DNA of 64,000 nucleotides from Candidatus Obscuribacterales bacterium (GCA_965228855.1 CBDDIJ010000003.1:2464001-2528000); one strand, 5' to 3'; shown: positions 37,618-47,749, numbered from the stretch's first letter. Translations and numbers: made by a program. The notes: generated by a model not told the origin, from the letters alone.

Positions 37618-38295
37618 TCACACGCGTAACCGATAGCCAACTCGCGAGATGTTCTCGATAATCGATTTAGATAAATCTTCATCGCCATCCAGAGCCTTAC
37701 GAATTCTTCGGATTGAGGCGCGTAAACCTTCAGCCGACGCTTCCGATTCGAATTGCCAGACCCGGGCTAACAAAGTGTCGGCAGGAAAAACTTCATCCGG
37801 ATGGCGCATAAGAAATTCGAGCAGAGCAAAATCGCGCGGTAACAAATGCACTGACTGTCCTGCTTTGGTCACTCGATGCTTAACCGGATCAAGAGCGATA
37901 TCGCGCACCTGAAGAATATTGCTGGCAACGACTTCCCGGCGGCGAAGCAACGCTCTCACGCGCGCGACAAGTTCTCGCATATCAAACGGTTTCGTCAGAT
38001 AATCATCAGCACCGGTATCCAAACCTTGTTCCTTGTCTTGAATCGCGCCTTTGCCGGTCAACATCAGAACAGGCGTTTTGCCGCCGTTCGCTCGATATGA
38101 TTTCAGCAAATCGATTCCTGCCAGACCCGGCAAATTCCAGTCAAGAACGATTACATCGTATTCTGCGGCGAGCAGAAATTCCATTCCTTCGGTTCCGGTC
38201 GCGGCCCTTTCGATTGTGTGACGCTCAAGGGTTAGTCCGTCCACGATGGTCGCGGCGAAGTCGTCATCGTCTTCAACTACCAGAATCTTAGCCAT
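37618..38295 (-). CDS. OmpR/PhoB-family response regulator
   Basis: MAKILVVEDD, VLDWNLP, GADDYLTKPF, terminal VGYRL; start trimmed from 38619. Confidence 0.95.
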   Translation of the reverse strand: MAKILVVEDDDDFAATIVDGLTLERHTIERAATGTEGMEFLLAAEYDVIVLDWNLPGLAGIDLLKSYRANGGKTPVLMLTGKGAIQDKEQGLDTGADDYLTKPFDMRELVARVRALLRRREVVASNILQVRDIALDPVKHRVTKAGQSVHLLPRDFALLEFLMRHPDEVFPADTLLARVWQFESEASAEGLRASIRRIRKALDGDEDLSKSIIENISRVGYRLRV

Positions 38296-38377
38296 AATCT
38301 CGACATCCTGAGGTGCCTCAGGAAGACTATATCGCCCCTTATATGTTTTGCCTAGACATAAAGGGAATAATGGATTT

Positions 38378-40204
38378 ATGCGCCCGCACATGTCTTTATC
38401 AAACCAAGTTTTGTGTCTGGTCATCATCCCACTGGTGGTGCAACTGATCTCGCTTGGTGTACTTGCGTCGCTGCAGAATGAATTGGACAACGACCTGCGG
38501 AAAGCTGACCGAGCGCGGCGCATCGCGGATACTGTCCATGCGATTTGCGCCGACATGTATGATGCGATGGCGAAGAACTCCGGTGAGAAACACCGAACGG
38601 TCGAAATGCCTGATGACAAACTCTATGGTATGCCGGAAAGATTCGAGGCGAACTACAAGACGCTGAAAGCGGCAACCAGAGACAATAGTCAGGAATATCA
38701 AGTCGTCGTAAAGTCAGAAACAGCGGCAAAGGAAATTCTCAAAGTCTTTCACGCGCTTCAATTTTCGATAAATATACAAAGCGAAGAAGAAGGAAGAGAG
38801 TACCGCAAACCCTTATGGAAAGCCATTCGAGAGAAGAGCAAGGTCTTGCTCAATCAAGATCTAATTGATTTAGGCGCAAGTCAAAAATTGTTGGCGAACA
38901 AAAGCCCGGAGAAGCAAGCAGAAATTCGTGAGCGAATTCAATCAACTTTGTTTTTTGCAGGCATGTTCAATCTTATTTGCCTGCCCTTGATTGCGGCAAT
39001 CTGGGTGCGAGGCTTCGCGCATAAGGTGAAAACAATTAACGATAACCAGTTTAGACTTGCAAGCAATCTTCCACTGAACCCTGTTCTCGAGGGTGAAGAC
39101 GAGCTTGCAAAACTCGATTCTGTTTTTCACAGAATGGCTAGCGAACTGCAGGAATCTGCAAGAAAAGAGAGAGCACTGCTGGACAACGCCAAAGATTTGA
39201 TATGTTCAATAGATGCCGGCGGCAAGTTCGTCGCAATTAACCCGGCAGCCGAACCTTTACTGGGATACCATCAGGACGAACTTATCGGTGCTCATCTCGT
39301 TGACTTGATCGCACCTGATGATGCCGGTCGAGCACTTTCCTATCTCGATAAAATCAAGAATGAAACAGACGCCGCTCCTCTTGAATTAACTCTCCGGCGA
39401 AAGGACGGTACGTTTACCGAGGTGGTTCTTTCCGCGCACTATGAGCAAACCGAAAACTCGATCTTCTGTGTTGTACACGACATAACCGCACGCAAACAGG
39501 CAGAGCGTCTGCGCCAGGAAGTCGTGGCGATGGTTACGCATGATCTGCGCACTCCCCTTGGCACAGTTAAAAACGTTCTCGATTTTTTGGAAAGCGGAAA
39601 TTTTGGAAATCTTGATGAGAAGGGCAACCGATATGTTTTATCGGGGCAGAGAAACGTCGACCGCATGATGACACTTATAAACGATCTGCTGGACGTCGAA
39701 AAAATTTCTTCAGGACGCATGGAGCTCGATCTAGAAGTTTTCGAACTGGATGATTGCTTCCAAAACTGCTCGGAGCTGCACGGGGGGCTCGCGGAGGAAG
39801 CAGGTGTAAAACTAAATGTGGTGCCAACGGACATCGTAATCAAAGCGGATCACGAAAAACTTCAGCGTGTTCTTTCCAACCTTGTGACAAACGCCATCAA
39901 GTTTTCTTCTTCCGGCAGCACCGTGACCGTTAGCGCGGAAAGCCTTATTGTGGATGGTTCGAGTAAAGCGCATATAAAAGTAGAAGACCAGGGCACCGGA
40001 ATACCGGAGGATCAGATTGAATCAATCTTTGAACGGTTTCAACAGGTCAGTGGAACAGCAAAGAAATTCGGTGGATCCGGACTGGGACTTGCGATTTGCA
40101 AAGCTATCACGACTTTGCACGGCGGTCGAATCTGGGTTGAAAGCGTTCCTCATAAGGGGACTACCTTCACAGTGGAACTCGATTGCGTTATACAATCTGC
40201 CTAA
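38378..40204 (+). CDS. Membrane sensor histidine kinase (HAMP, PAS, HisKA, HATPase)
   Basis: Two TMs, GEDELAKLD, PAS ending HDIT.RK, THDLRTPL, NLVTNAIKF, DQGTGI, GSGLGLAIC. Confidence 0.95.
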   Translation: MRPHMSLSNQVLCLVIIPLVVQLISLGVLASLQNELDNDLRKADRARRIADTVHAICADMYDAMAKNSGEKHRTVEMPDDKLYGMPERFEANYKTLKAATRDNSQEYQVVVKSETAAKEILKVFHALQFSINIQSEEEGREYRKPLWKAIREKSKVLLNQDLIDLGASQKLLANKSPEKQAEIRERIQSTLFFAGMFNLICLPLIAAIWVRGFAHKVKTINDNQFRLASNLPLNPVLEGEDELAKLDSVFHRMASELQESARKERALLDNAKDLICSIDAGGKFVAINPAAEPLLGYHQDELIGAHLVDLIAPDDAGRALSYLDKIKNETDAAPLELTLRRKDGTFTEVVLSAHYEQTENSIFCVVHDITARKQAERLRQEVVAMVTHDLRTPLGTVKNVLDFLESGNFGNLDEKGNRYVLSGQRNVDRMMTLINDLLDVEKISSGRMELDLEVFELDDCFQNCSELHGGLAEEAGVKLNVVPTDIVIKADHEKLQRVLSNLVTNAIKFSSSGSTVTVSAESLIVDGSSKAHIKVEDQGTGIPEDQIESIFERFQQVSGTAKKFGGSGLGLAICKAITTLHGGRIWVESVPHKGTTFTVELDCVIQSA

Positions 40205-40331
40205 GCCATGCAGTTCGGCTCAGTCTGAAACGCCGTCACAGATTCGTCACTTATCAATCACCGATCCATCACTCGCCAATCGTAAAGTGAGAGTCATGCA
40301 CCCACGACTCCCTTACTTCGAGGATCAAACC

Positions 40332-41051
40332 ATGTCAGACGCTAGACCAGTTTCAGATGGTGCCGTTATTAATCTCAAACCAACGACACACGAAATGTCA
40401 TCGATGCATAAGGAATCGTGGCAGTATAACCCCTCTGAGAAAAAACAATTGCCGACCAAGGAGCCCGCCAACGGAACGCTTGAATTCGACGATATCTATA
40501 AGTCCACCGCTCACGTAGGAAAGCCTGTCGATTCGTTTAAAGCAACAAAGATCTCCGAAGGCAAAATGGTTGAAAAATCTGTGGACAAAACAGAAAAGCC
40601 TTTCGACAAAACTCATAAATTGGATGGAAAGACTGTAGAGAAAAATCTCGACATCGAAAAAAATAATGAGAAGAAACCGCTAGAGAAAGAAGCGAAACTC
40701 AAGAAGTTAACTGAGGAAGACATAATCGCTCTGAAGAAAAAACTAGGAGAAGCGGGCGGACGTTTGGGCGGCTCGAAATGCGACATAAAGCCAGACTTTT
40801 GGAGCGGTATTGCAAAGACGTTTGGATTTGATTCCACTCCGAAGTGTTTCTCAGGCAGCATCGGTGGTCACTTAGAGAGAGTTGACAGACCAGAAAAGCT
40901 TGAGAAGCTGAACCCTCAATACATCAAGCCACCTGTAAAAGATATGGCTGAGGTCGAAAGACAAAATATCATTGACAGAAAAAAATTCGAACAAAGCATG
41001 ACGCCGGAGCAGCTCAAAAAGATCGAAGAGATGAAAAAGAACCATAAGTAA
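40332..41051 (+). CDS. Hypothetical Lys/Glu-rich cytoplasmic protein
   Basis: GAGG RBS before the ATG at 40332; internal near-repeat KPxDxxxKxxGKxVEK. Confidence 0.65.
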   Translation: MSDARPVSDGAVINLKPTTHEMSSMHKESWQYNPSEKKQLPTKEPANGTLEFDDIYKSTAHVGKPVDSFKATKISEGKMVEKSVDKTEKPFDKTHKLDGKTVEKNLDIEKNNEKKPLEKEAKLKKLTEEDIIALKKKLGEAGGRLGGSKCDIKPDFWSGIAKTFGFDSTPKCFSGSIGGHLERVDRPEKLEKLNPQYIKPPVKDMAEVERQNIIDRKKFEQSMTPEQLKKIEEMKKNHK

Positions 41052-41163
41052 CACTCTCGAAAAGTGTTCTGGAAGAGTTTTTTAAACAAGATGAGCAAAC
41101 GAAAAGTCCGGCGCAATAGCTCGCCGGACTTTCCGTTCATGGCGGAGCGACACCAAGGAACGC

Positions 41164-42612
41164 TCACCGACCCAGAACCCCTCCGAGGAGCCCGGTTCTG
41201 CCAGTCAGTCCACTCGTCAGACCGCCAACGGTACCTCCTACAACGCCACCGACTGTGCCACCAACGACGCCACCGACAGTAGAACCTATTCCGGCGGGAA
41301 GCACATTGGTTATATTGGTCACACCGGCTAGACCAGCATTTCTGCCGCCGCCGCCACCGAGGATGGACGTAACGGAGCTGATAGGCGAGTTTTTGCCTCC
41401 CAGGATGGAAGCTGTATTGCCGCTGAGAGCAGAGCCCATTGCCCCATTGATGAAGGTTGCATTAAGCCTGGTTTGTTTCTTTCCATATTTCACGCGAAAC
41501 TTCTTCACGCCAGCCATATTTCTTGTGGAAGAACTATTCCCGGTGACTGAATTTAGCACCGAAGTTGGTGCCCAGGTTACGAGATCTAGCGGATCTATTT
41601 TGGCTACGTCAAGCACGTCGCCGCCCAGATTATAAGAAGAAAGAATCGGTAGCTGCTTGATCTGCAGCCCTTTGAGAACCGACCCCTTCCCGCTCAAAGA
41701 TTTGAGCAAAGACCTCTGAATGAAGTCACCCTTGGCGAGCGAGACGGGGAACCCATTCAATAAGGAATTGTCGAGCGTTTTGCCGGTCAGTGAATTTACT
41801 AGCGAAACAGAGTCCAGCGAATCGAAAAGCAGTAACTCTTCCACTAGATCTCCAACAGCCTCCACTGTGCCGGGAAGGTCTAAGAGCTGGAAACCAATTA
41901 CATTTCCGAACACGTCGCATGTTCCATTTCTAGTCAACGCTTCAAGCACATCGGTTTGAGTCAGACCGCCGGTTAAAAATCCAGTATCCGGAATGGCGCT
42001 GCTCGTACTGCTTGAAGTCTTACGAGCGCGATGTGGCGCTCGATCGTTTTGCTTTCCTCGGTCTCTCTTGTCTCTTTTGTCTGCAGCTACGTAGCTCATA
42101 CCTGGCGTCAACCGCAGAACACTCTGGTCCAGTCGGTTTGTAATCTCAGCTACACCTTCCAGCACGCTTACGCGTGTACCATTAATTCCCTGGTCGAACA
42201 ATAAGGTTGTTCCCTTTGCCACGACCTGCGCGTGCTCGGTCCAGATTGTGTAGTCGCTATCGCCCGCTTTTCGATCATGATTGAAAAGGAACTTTCCGCC
42301 AACTACATATATCAAGTTTTGCTTTGGACTGACAGTGTACACCGTATTCGGTGCAGAACGTAGAGTGATGTTGTCGAACTTGGCTTCACTGAAAGAGTCT
42401 TTTCCGGTGCCAATTTGCATTCCATCGTCAATGGAATCGCCCTGCGCTGCGGGTACAGGCGCAGCCCATTGCGTGTGCTCATCGTCAGAGAAACCGCGCT
42501 TAAACACCTGCCCTTCGGCAAAAGTGAGTGTGCCGTCGCCTTCGGCAAAGGCCGCCGGTGCTTGAAGGGCACACAACGTTATTAGTGATAATGCTAGTGA
42601 ATGTAATCGCAT
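41164..42612 (-). CDS. Exported FecR-domain protein with Gly/Val/Leu-rich tail
   Basis: Signal peptide AFA; GD.I..G.I.TG.DS, I.T..A.V..KGT, T.VSVLEG.A.I; C-terminal GGVVGGT repeats. Confidence 0.8.
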   Translation of the reverse strand: MRLHSLALSLITLCALQAPAAFAEGDGTLTFAEGQVFKRGFSDDEHTQWAAPVPAAQGDSIDDGMQIGTGKDSFSEAKFDNITLRSAPNTVYTVSPKQNLIYVVGGKFLFNHDRKAGDSDYTIWTEHAQVVAKGTTLLFDQGINGTRVSVLEGVAEITNRLDQSVLRLTPGMSYVAADKRDKRDRGKQNDRAPHRARKTSSSTSSAIPDTGFLTGGLTQTDVLEALTRNGTCDVFGNVIGFQLLDLPGTVEAVGDLVEELLLFDSLDSVSLVNSLTGKTLDNSLLNGFPVSLAKGDFIQRSLLKSLSGKGSVLKGLQIKQLPILSSYNLGGDVLDVAKIDPLDLVTWAPTSVLNSVTGNSSSTRNMAGVKKFRVKYGKKQTRLNATFINGAMGSALSGNTASILGGKNSPISSVTSILGGGGGRNAGLAGVTNITNVLPAGIGSTVGGVVGGTVGGVVGGTVGGLTSGLTGRTGLLGGVLGR

Positions 42613-43048
42613 GATCTTCGCTCCGTTCAAGTGGGGTCCGTGGTCGGCCAAGAAAAGCCGGACCTATGCGCGTACAGCACATGGACTAAACTAGCCCAGT
42701 GTGTTGAAGCGCGATGAACCGGACGAGGCTAAGCGGCTTGCCTGTCATGGTTCTGTGCTTAAATCTAGTGATACCTGATGTGATACCGTTCCGGTCAATC
42801 GAATGGAAAAATTCCGAATCAACGACTCAGTACACTTCCCGGATTTTTTTGTTTCTCTCGAAACATCCGTGTGAATTCTGTAGCATACAGTTCACATGTC
42901 CACACTCTATTCTTCAGATTTCCAACAACGCAATTGGAACGCACTACAACTTCCAACACTGGCGATTCGCTATTCATGCCGTTTTTCATTTACTCTGAGA
43001 CCATCACGTTTCAGAATAGTTGTAGAACATTTTACGCTAAAAGTTTTA

Positions 43049-43186
43049 AGTGCCACCACAAGCAGTGCACTAAAGTGTGATTAACATCCCACCAGAGTGG
43101 GATAGACCGAAGCACAATCACACCCAGGTGCATCAACCGGGTGAACGAAGGTGTGACAAGCGCCTTCGGCAATGTTACACCGTCGT
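43049..43186 (+). ncRNA. Candidate structured RNA (run of four hairpins) in a long ORF-poor intergenic region
   Basis: GTGTGATT/AATCACAC enclosing ATCCCAC/GTGGGAT; CACCCaGGT/ACCGGGTG; ACGAaGGTGTGACA/TGTTACACCgTCGT. Confidence 0.3.
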
Positions 43187-43278
43187 CTGAGTAAGTGTTA
43201 CGCGCACAGAAAAGGATTGACTCTGGTGAAATAATTGAATATCGACATGACCACGATAACAAGGAGAGCGAACACTCC

Positions 43279-43881
43279 CTAGGTTTCGATAATAGGAGCG
43301 TATTCTCTCCACGACATTCCGAAGGTCCATGCGACAGCCTCCTTAGCGGTTCTCATATAAGGTGGTACACGCAGGAAATACCGAGAGGGTTTTCCGGAAG
43401 GACCAACAGTCGCGTCGTAAACGCACAGGAGCATGATCGGCTCGTCCCCTGCTGTTAGCTGCTTTCGGTACAGTTGCCCGTAACGGCTTTCGTCAAGCAA
43501 AGTCGCGTTTGAGTCACGCAAAAAATTGTCCAGTCCGAATTGCTGTATCAAGCTCTTGTAGTTTGCCCACAATCCATCCGCTTCTCCGTCAGAGATCACA
43601 TTTCGGAACCAAGCAAACAATCTACTAAGAGATACAAAATGCAACCAGACATACAACGTGCAAACGAAGAAAAACATATGAACGTCTTTGTCTTGAGGAT
43701 TGGCTATCCAGCCAAATAGGCGGTTTACGGATAGTTGAAGAAGTTCAATCCCCTTCAACGCACTGAGACCGAACAGAAGCCAGAACAGAAATACGAGGTT
43801 AAGAACAACGGGTCCAATCCTGTCGTCGAAATCGTCAAGGTCATGAATTTTGACTTCAGTTAAGCACTCTTTGCCTGTCAT
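43279..43881 (-). CDS. Two-TM membrane protein with a C-terminal module typical of DUF6745-associated proteins
   Basis: YG.LY......DEP...L.V...T..P.G....YFLRVPP...TA.EAVAWTFG.....Y.P..ET. Confidence 0.7.
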   Translation of the reverse strand: MTGKECLTEVKIHDLDDFDDRIGPVVLNLVFLFWLLFGLSALKGIELLQLSVNRLFGWIANPQDKDVHMFFFVCTLYVWLHFVSLSRLFAWFRNVISDGEADGLWANYKSLIQQFGLDNFLRDSNATLLDESRYGQLYRKQLTAGDEPIMLLCVYDATVGPSGKPSRYFLRVPPYMRTAKEAVAWTFGMSWREYAPIIET

Positions 43882-44053
43882 AATCCATCCGTCCTTTAAG
43901 CCTCCTCTTCCACCTTACCAGAACAATCGCCGGGGTGTTAGCACTGTTGCAAAACAGCAGATCTAGAGGCGGGATCAACACTGCTAACGAAAAACAAGCA
44001 CCTGATTTCGCCTGCAACTATAATGGGCAACAAGCAAAATTTGAGGGAATCGT

Positions 44054-45031
44054 GTGTCCAAAGTCAGAGCAGCCGTGACGCTAAAAAGAATCATTTCAAT
44101 ATCGCTCATAACGCTGGGCACAATAGTGACCAGCGCCACCCTCGCCGGATTTGTCCCGAATCTGCAGCTTTGCGACATTGCCAGCCAGTTTCGACTCGTC
44201 TATGTCATAGTTCTCGGTTTAATTTTGGTGCCACTGATGGCAGTTCGTTCGGTGGTCGGAACCGCAATTGTCGCAATCGGTTTTGTAATCAACTCCGTCC
44301 CCATAATTCTTCTTTCGATTAAACCGAGCTGCGAGCATCCCAACAAAATGCAGACGGTTACGCTGCTAAACTACAACTCCGAATTTCAAGCAAATAACCG
44401 AGTGGATCTACTCCGACAGGAGATCGACAAAAAACGTCCTGACGTAATCGCGCTGGTAGAAATCAATCAAGATTGGCTGGACAAGCTTCAGCCGTCCCTA
44501 ACTGAATATCCACATCAAACACTTGCGCTTGACGGTCCGGGACTCGCTCTCTTCAGCAAATTCCCAATCAAGAAAGCAGAAATCAAACATTTTGGAAAAA
44601 CTAATCATCCCAGAATACTTGCGACACTCGCAGTTGGAAGCAAGCATTTAAATTTGATCGTTGCTCATCCAACTACGCCCAAAGTATCCGGTTTTGCAGA
44701 GCGCAATCAGGAACTCAAGTTGATAAGCGACGAGGCGAAGGCACTCGCATCACCCAAGATAGTTGTCGGAGACTTCAACTGTACGCAGTTTTCACCAGCG
44801 TTTAAACAGTTTGCAACTGCAGGTCTCCATGACTCCTCCCAGGGATTCGGTCCCCAACCAACCTGGCCCGCTCGGACAGGGCGTGTGATTCCTAATACCT
44901 TCATACCACCTGTGGTGCCAATCGACCATGTGCTTGTAAGCGGCGATATCTGCGTTAAGAAACGGGAGGTTGGTCCGCCTATTCAATCGGACCACCTGCC
45001 TGTTTTCGTCACTACTTTGATTCCCCAATAG
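44054..45031 (+). CDS. Endonuclease/exonuclease/phosphatase-family membrane protein
   Basis: N-terminal TMs, PDVIALVE, GDFN, PTWP, IDHVLVS, SDHLPV. Confidence 0.9.
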   Translation: MSKVRAAVTLKRIISISLITLGTIVTSATLAGFVPNLQLCDIASQFRLVYVIVLGLILVPLMAVRSVVGTAIVAIGFVINSVPIILLSIKPSCEHPNKMQTVTLLNYNSEFQANNRVDLLRQEIDKKRPDVIALVEINQDWLDKLQPSLTEYPHQTLALDGPGLALFSKFPIKKAEIKHFGKTNHPRILATLAVGSKHLNLIVAHPTTPKVSGFAERNQELKLISDEAKALASPKIVVGDFNCTQFSPAFKQFATAGLHDSSQGFGPQPTWPARTGRVIPNTFIPPVVPIDHVLVSGDICVKKREVGPPIQSDHLPVFVTTLIPQ

Positions 45032-45245
45032 AAGGTTTCGATAGGCAAACTCGGCTCATTCTCCGGATCGTTTTCTAGAATTCGTTAAAAACAGTTGCAA
45101 ACAAGTGAGCCAATGGTTTCCATGCAGGGGAGACGATTGTCATTAAGCGATAATTGAAAGCTGTCCGAAAGTGCAATAGCGTCGGATTATGGTGTCGCGG
45201 GCTTTAGCCGCTGCACCCGCAAACACACATAAACAAGAGGCCAAG

Positions 45246-47681
45246 ATGACATATAGGAAATTTCGCGCGCTATTAGCGTCAACCCTGCTTCTTACAACTC
45301 TCTCCAGTCCAGGCAACGCAGAGACGCTGAATCCTGAGTCATCTATGGATCGCTCCACATTGCCCATTCCAGAACCGAAAATTCCGCACATCACGACCCT
45401 CGACGCAAGAAACGCAACACCGCCTCCGCGTTTTGAGGTAAAAGCTCCGAAGAAGGCACCAAATGTGGTGATTGTCCTGATTGATGATATGGGATACGGA
45501 CATTCAAGTGCATTCGGAGGTCCGGTTAATATGCCGACTCTCGAAAAACTCGCAAACAATGGACTGCGTTACCGAGACTTTCATACGACCGCGTTATGTT
45601 CACCTAGTCGTGCCGCGCTCCTCACCGGCCGCAATCATCACATGAATAATATGGGTTCGATTACGGAGACTGCGACAGCGTTTCCTGGACAGACCGGACA
45701 ACGGCCCAATAGCGTGGCCCCACTTGCGGAGATGCTACGCCTAAATGGCTACTCAACAGCAGCGTTTGGTAAATCACACGAAACTGCAGCCTGGGAAGTC
45801 AGCACTTCAGGACCGACTGATCGCTGGCCAACGCGATCGGGATTCGATAAGTTCTATGGTTTCATCGGCGGTGAGGCCAATCAGTGGGCTCCGACTTTGT
45901 ATGACGGTTTAAATCAGGTCGAACCGCCCAAAGATCCGAACTATCACCTTGTAACAGACATGACTAATCAAGCGATCCACTGGCTACAGTCGGAAAAGTC
46001 GCTAACTCCGGAAAAGCCATTTTTCATCTACTTTGCTCCGGGCGCGACCCATGCTCCGCACCACGTACCAGCTCAGTGGATCGAAAAGTACAAAGGGAAG
46101 TTCGATAAAGGTTGGGATAAACAACGAGAGGAAACTCTTGCCAGACAAAAAGAAATTGGCATGATGCCTCCCGATGCCGAGCTTGCGCCGAAACCAGCGG
46201 CAATTAAGGATTGGGACAAGTTGACAGATGATGAGCGAAAACTCTTTGCGCATCAGATGGAGGTGTTTGCGGGTTACGGAGAGTTCGCCGACCACGAAGT
46301 TGGACGTCTAATTTCTGCAATTGAACGGGTTGGACAACTCGACAACACTCTCATCTTCTACATCGCCGGCGACAATGGCGCCAGCGCAGAGGGAGGATTT
46401 AATGGGCTCTTCAACGAAATGAGTTATTTCAACGGCATGCCGGAAAGCGTCCAAGACATTTTGAAGCACTACAATGAGCTTGGTGGACCAAAATCGTACG
46501 GACACTACGCAGCTGGTTGGGCTGTGGCGGGCGACACACCGTTTACCTGGACGAAACAAGTTGCTTCCGATTATGGTGGCACTACTAACGCAATGGCGGT
46601 ACATTGGCCCGAGCGCATTCAGGGCAAAGGAGAAGTTCGTTCTCAATTTCACCACGTCATAGATGTGGCGCCGACCGTTCTTGAAGCAGCTGGATTGCCT
46701 GAACCCAAGAGCGTTAACGGAGTCGCGCAAACACCGATTGAAGGTGTGAGTATGCTGTATACGTTCGATGATGCGAAAGCAAAGAGCACCCACACGACAC
46801 AATACTTTGAGATTTTCTGTAATCGTTCTATTTATCATGACGGCTGGTTGGCAGGAACTATGCACAGAGCGCCCTGGGAGATGAAACCTTCCCATTCTAT
46901 CGAGGATGATAAGTGGGAGCTTTATGACACCAGAAATGATGCCTCTCTGAAGAATGATCTTTCAATCAAAAATCCTGAAAAACTCAAAGAGTTGCAAGCC
47001 TTGTTCCTCAAGGAAGCGGTGAAATACAGTGTTCTCCCGCTGGACGATAGAGTGCTTGAACGCCTCAATCCAACCTTATGCGGGCGCCCGGATCTGATGG
47101 CCGGCAGAAATTCGCTCACGGTATACCCGGGTATGACCGGCTTGACGGAAAACGTTTTCATCAACACGAAAAATCGCTCTTACTCGATCGACGCCTCGAC
47201 AAAAATTCCAGAGGGCGGAGCTAGCGGTGTCTTGATCGCTCAGGCAGGACACTTCGGAGGCTGGAGTTTCTACTTGAAAGGCGGCAAACCGGCCTTCACC
47301 TATAACTTACTGGGAATGAAACAATTCACTATCGAAGCACCAGATGCAGTGCCAAGTGGTCCGGCAAAAATACAATTTGAATTCACGTATGATGGCGGCG
47401 GTACTGGAAAGGGCGGCACTGGAAAAATCCTCGTAAATGGTAAGAGCGTTGCTTCCGGCCGAATAGAACAAACCCAGGGCTTCATGTTCTCTGCCGATGA
47501 AGGCGCAGACGTAGGAGTCGATTTGGGCACACTGGTTACCGACTACGGAACTGACGAAAACAAATTTTCAGGAGAGATCGAATCCATCACAATCACTGTG
47601 AAGCCCATAGAAACTGCCGATAAACTCGACCACGAAAAGCTTCACGCAGTAGGTTCGCTAAAGAAAACTCTATCGGACTGA
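45246..47681 (+). CDS. Exported arylsulfatase (Cys-type, formylglycine-dependent) with C-terminal beta-sandwich
   Basis: PNVVIVLIDD.G, CSPSRAALLTG (CxPxR), GYST..FGK.H, GDNGAS, WELYD; GAGG RBS before the ATG at 45246. Confidence 0.95.
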   Translation: MTYRKFRALLASTLLLTTLSSPGNAETLNPESSMDRSTLPIPEPKIPHITTLDARNATPPPRFEVKAPKKAPNVVIVLIDDMGYGHSSAFGGPVNMPTLEKLANNGLRYRDFHTTALCSPSRAALLTGRNHHMNNMGSITETATAFPGQTGQRPNSVAPLAEMLRLNGYSTAAFGKSHETAAWEVSTSGPTDRWPTRSGFDKFYGFIGGEANQWAPTLYDGLNQVEPPKDPNYHLVTDMTNQAIHWLQSEKSLTPEKPFFIYFAPGATHAPHHVPAQWIEKYKGKFDKGWDKQREETLARQKEIGMMPPDAELAPKPAAIKDWDKLTDDERKLFAHQMEVFAGYGEFADHEVGRLISAIERVGQLDNTLIFYIAGDNGASAEGGFNGLFNEMSYFNGMPESVQDILKHYNELGGPKSYGHYAAGWAVAGDTPFTWTKQVASDYGGTTNAMAVHWPERIQGKGEVRSQFHHVIDVAPTVLEAAGLPEPKSVNGVAQTPIEGVSMLYTFDDAKAKSTHTTQYFEIFCNRSIYHDGWLAGTMHRAPWEMKPSHSIEDDKWELYDTRNDASLKNDLSIKNPEKLKELQALFLKEAVKYSVLPLDDRVLERLNPTLCGRPDLMAGRNSLTVYPGMTGLTENVFINTKNRSYSIDASTKIPEGGASGVLIAQAGHFGGWSFYLKGGKPAFTYNLLGMKQFTIEAPDAVPSGPAKIQFEFTYDGGGTGKGGTGKILVNGKSVASGRIEQTQGFMFSADEGADVGVDLGTLVTDYGTDENKFSGEIESITITVKPIETADKLDHEKLHAVGSLKKTLSD

Positions 47682-47708
47682 GGAAACAACACTTCCTCAC
47701 ATCCATCT

Positions 47709-47749
47709 TTCATCCAGTAAGTTAGACAATATCTAACTTACTGGATGAA
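47709..47749. terminator. Perfect 18-bp inverted repeat between convergent sulfatase and tRNA-His/feoB
   Basis: TTCATCCAGTAAGTTAGA-caata-TCTAACTTACTGGATGAA. Confidence 0.7.

Noticed and set aside
38296..38619. N-terminal extension of the response regulator (also extensions at 16914-16994, 40017-40331, 50018-50071)
   Set aside because: These overlap neighbouring genes or precede the family-typical start; downstream ATGs fit better.
26512..43060. Shared GCCAC(C/T)AC at the starts of the 26.5, 29.8 and 43.0 kb intergenic elements
   Set aside because: Only ~8 nt of similarity with no shared downstream structure; compatible with chance.
45246..47681. Sulfatase lacking an adjacent formylglycine-generating enzyme
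   Set aside because: Maturases are commonly encoded elsewhere; not informative from one window.
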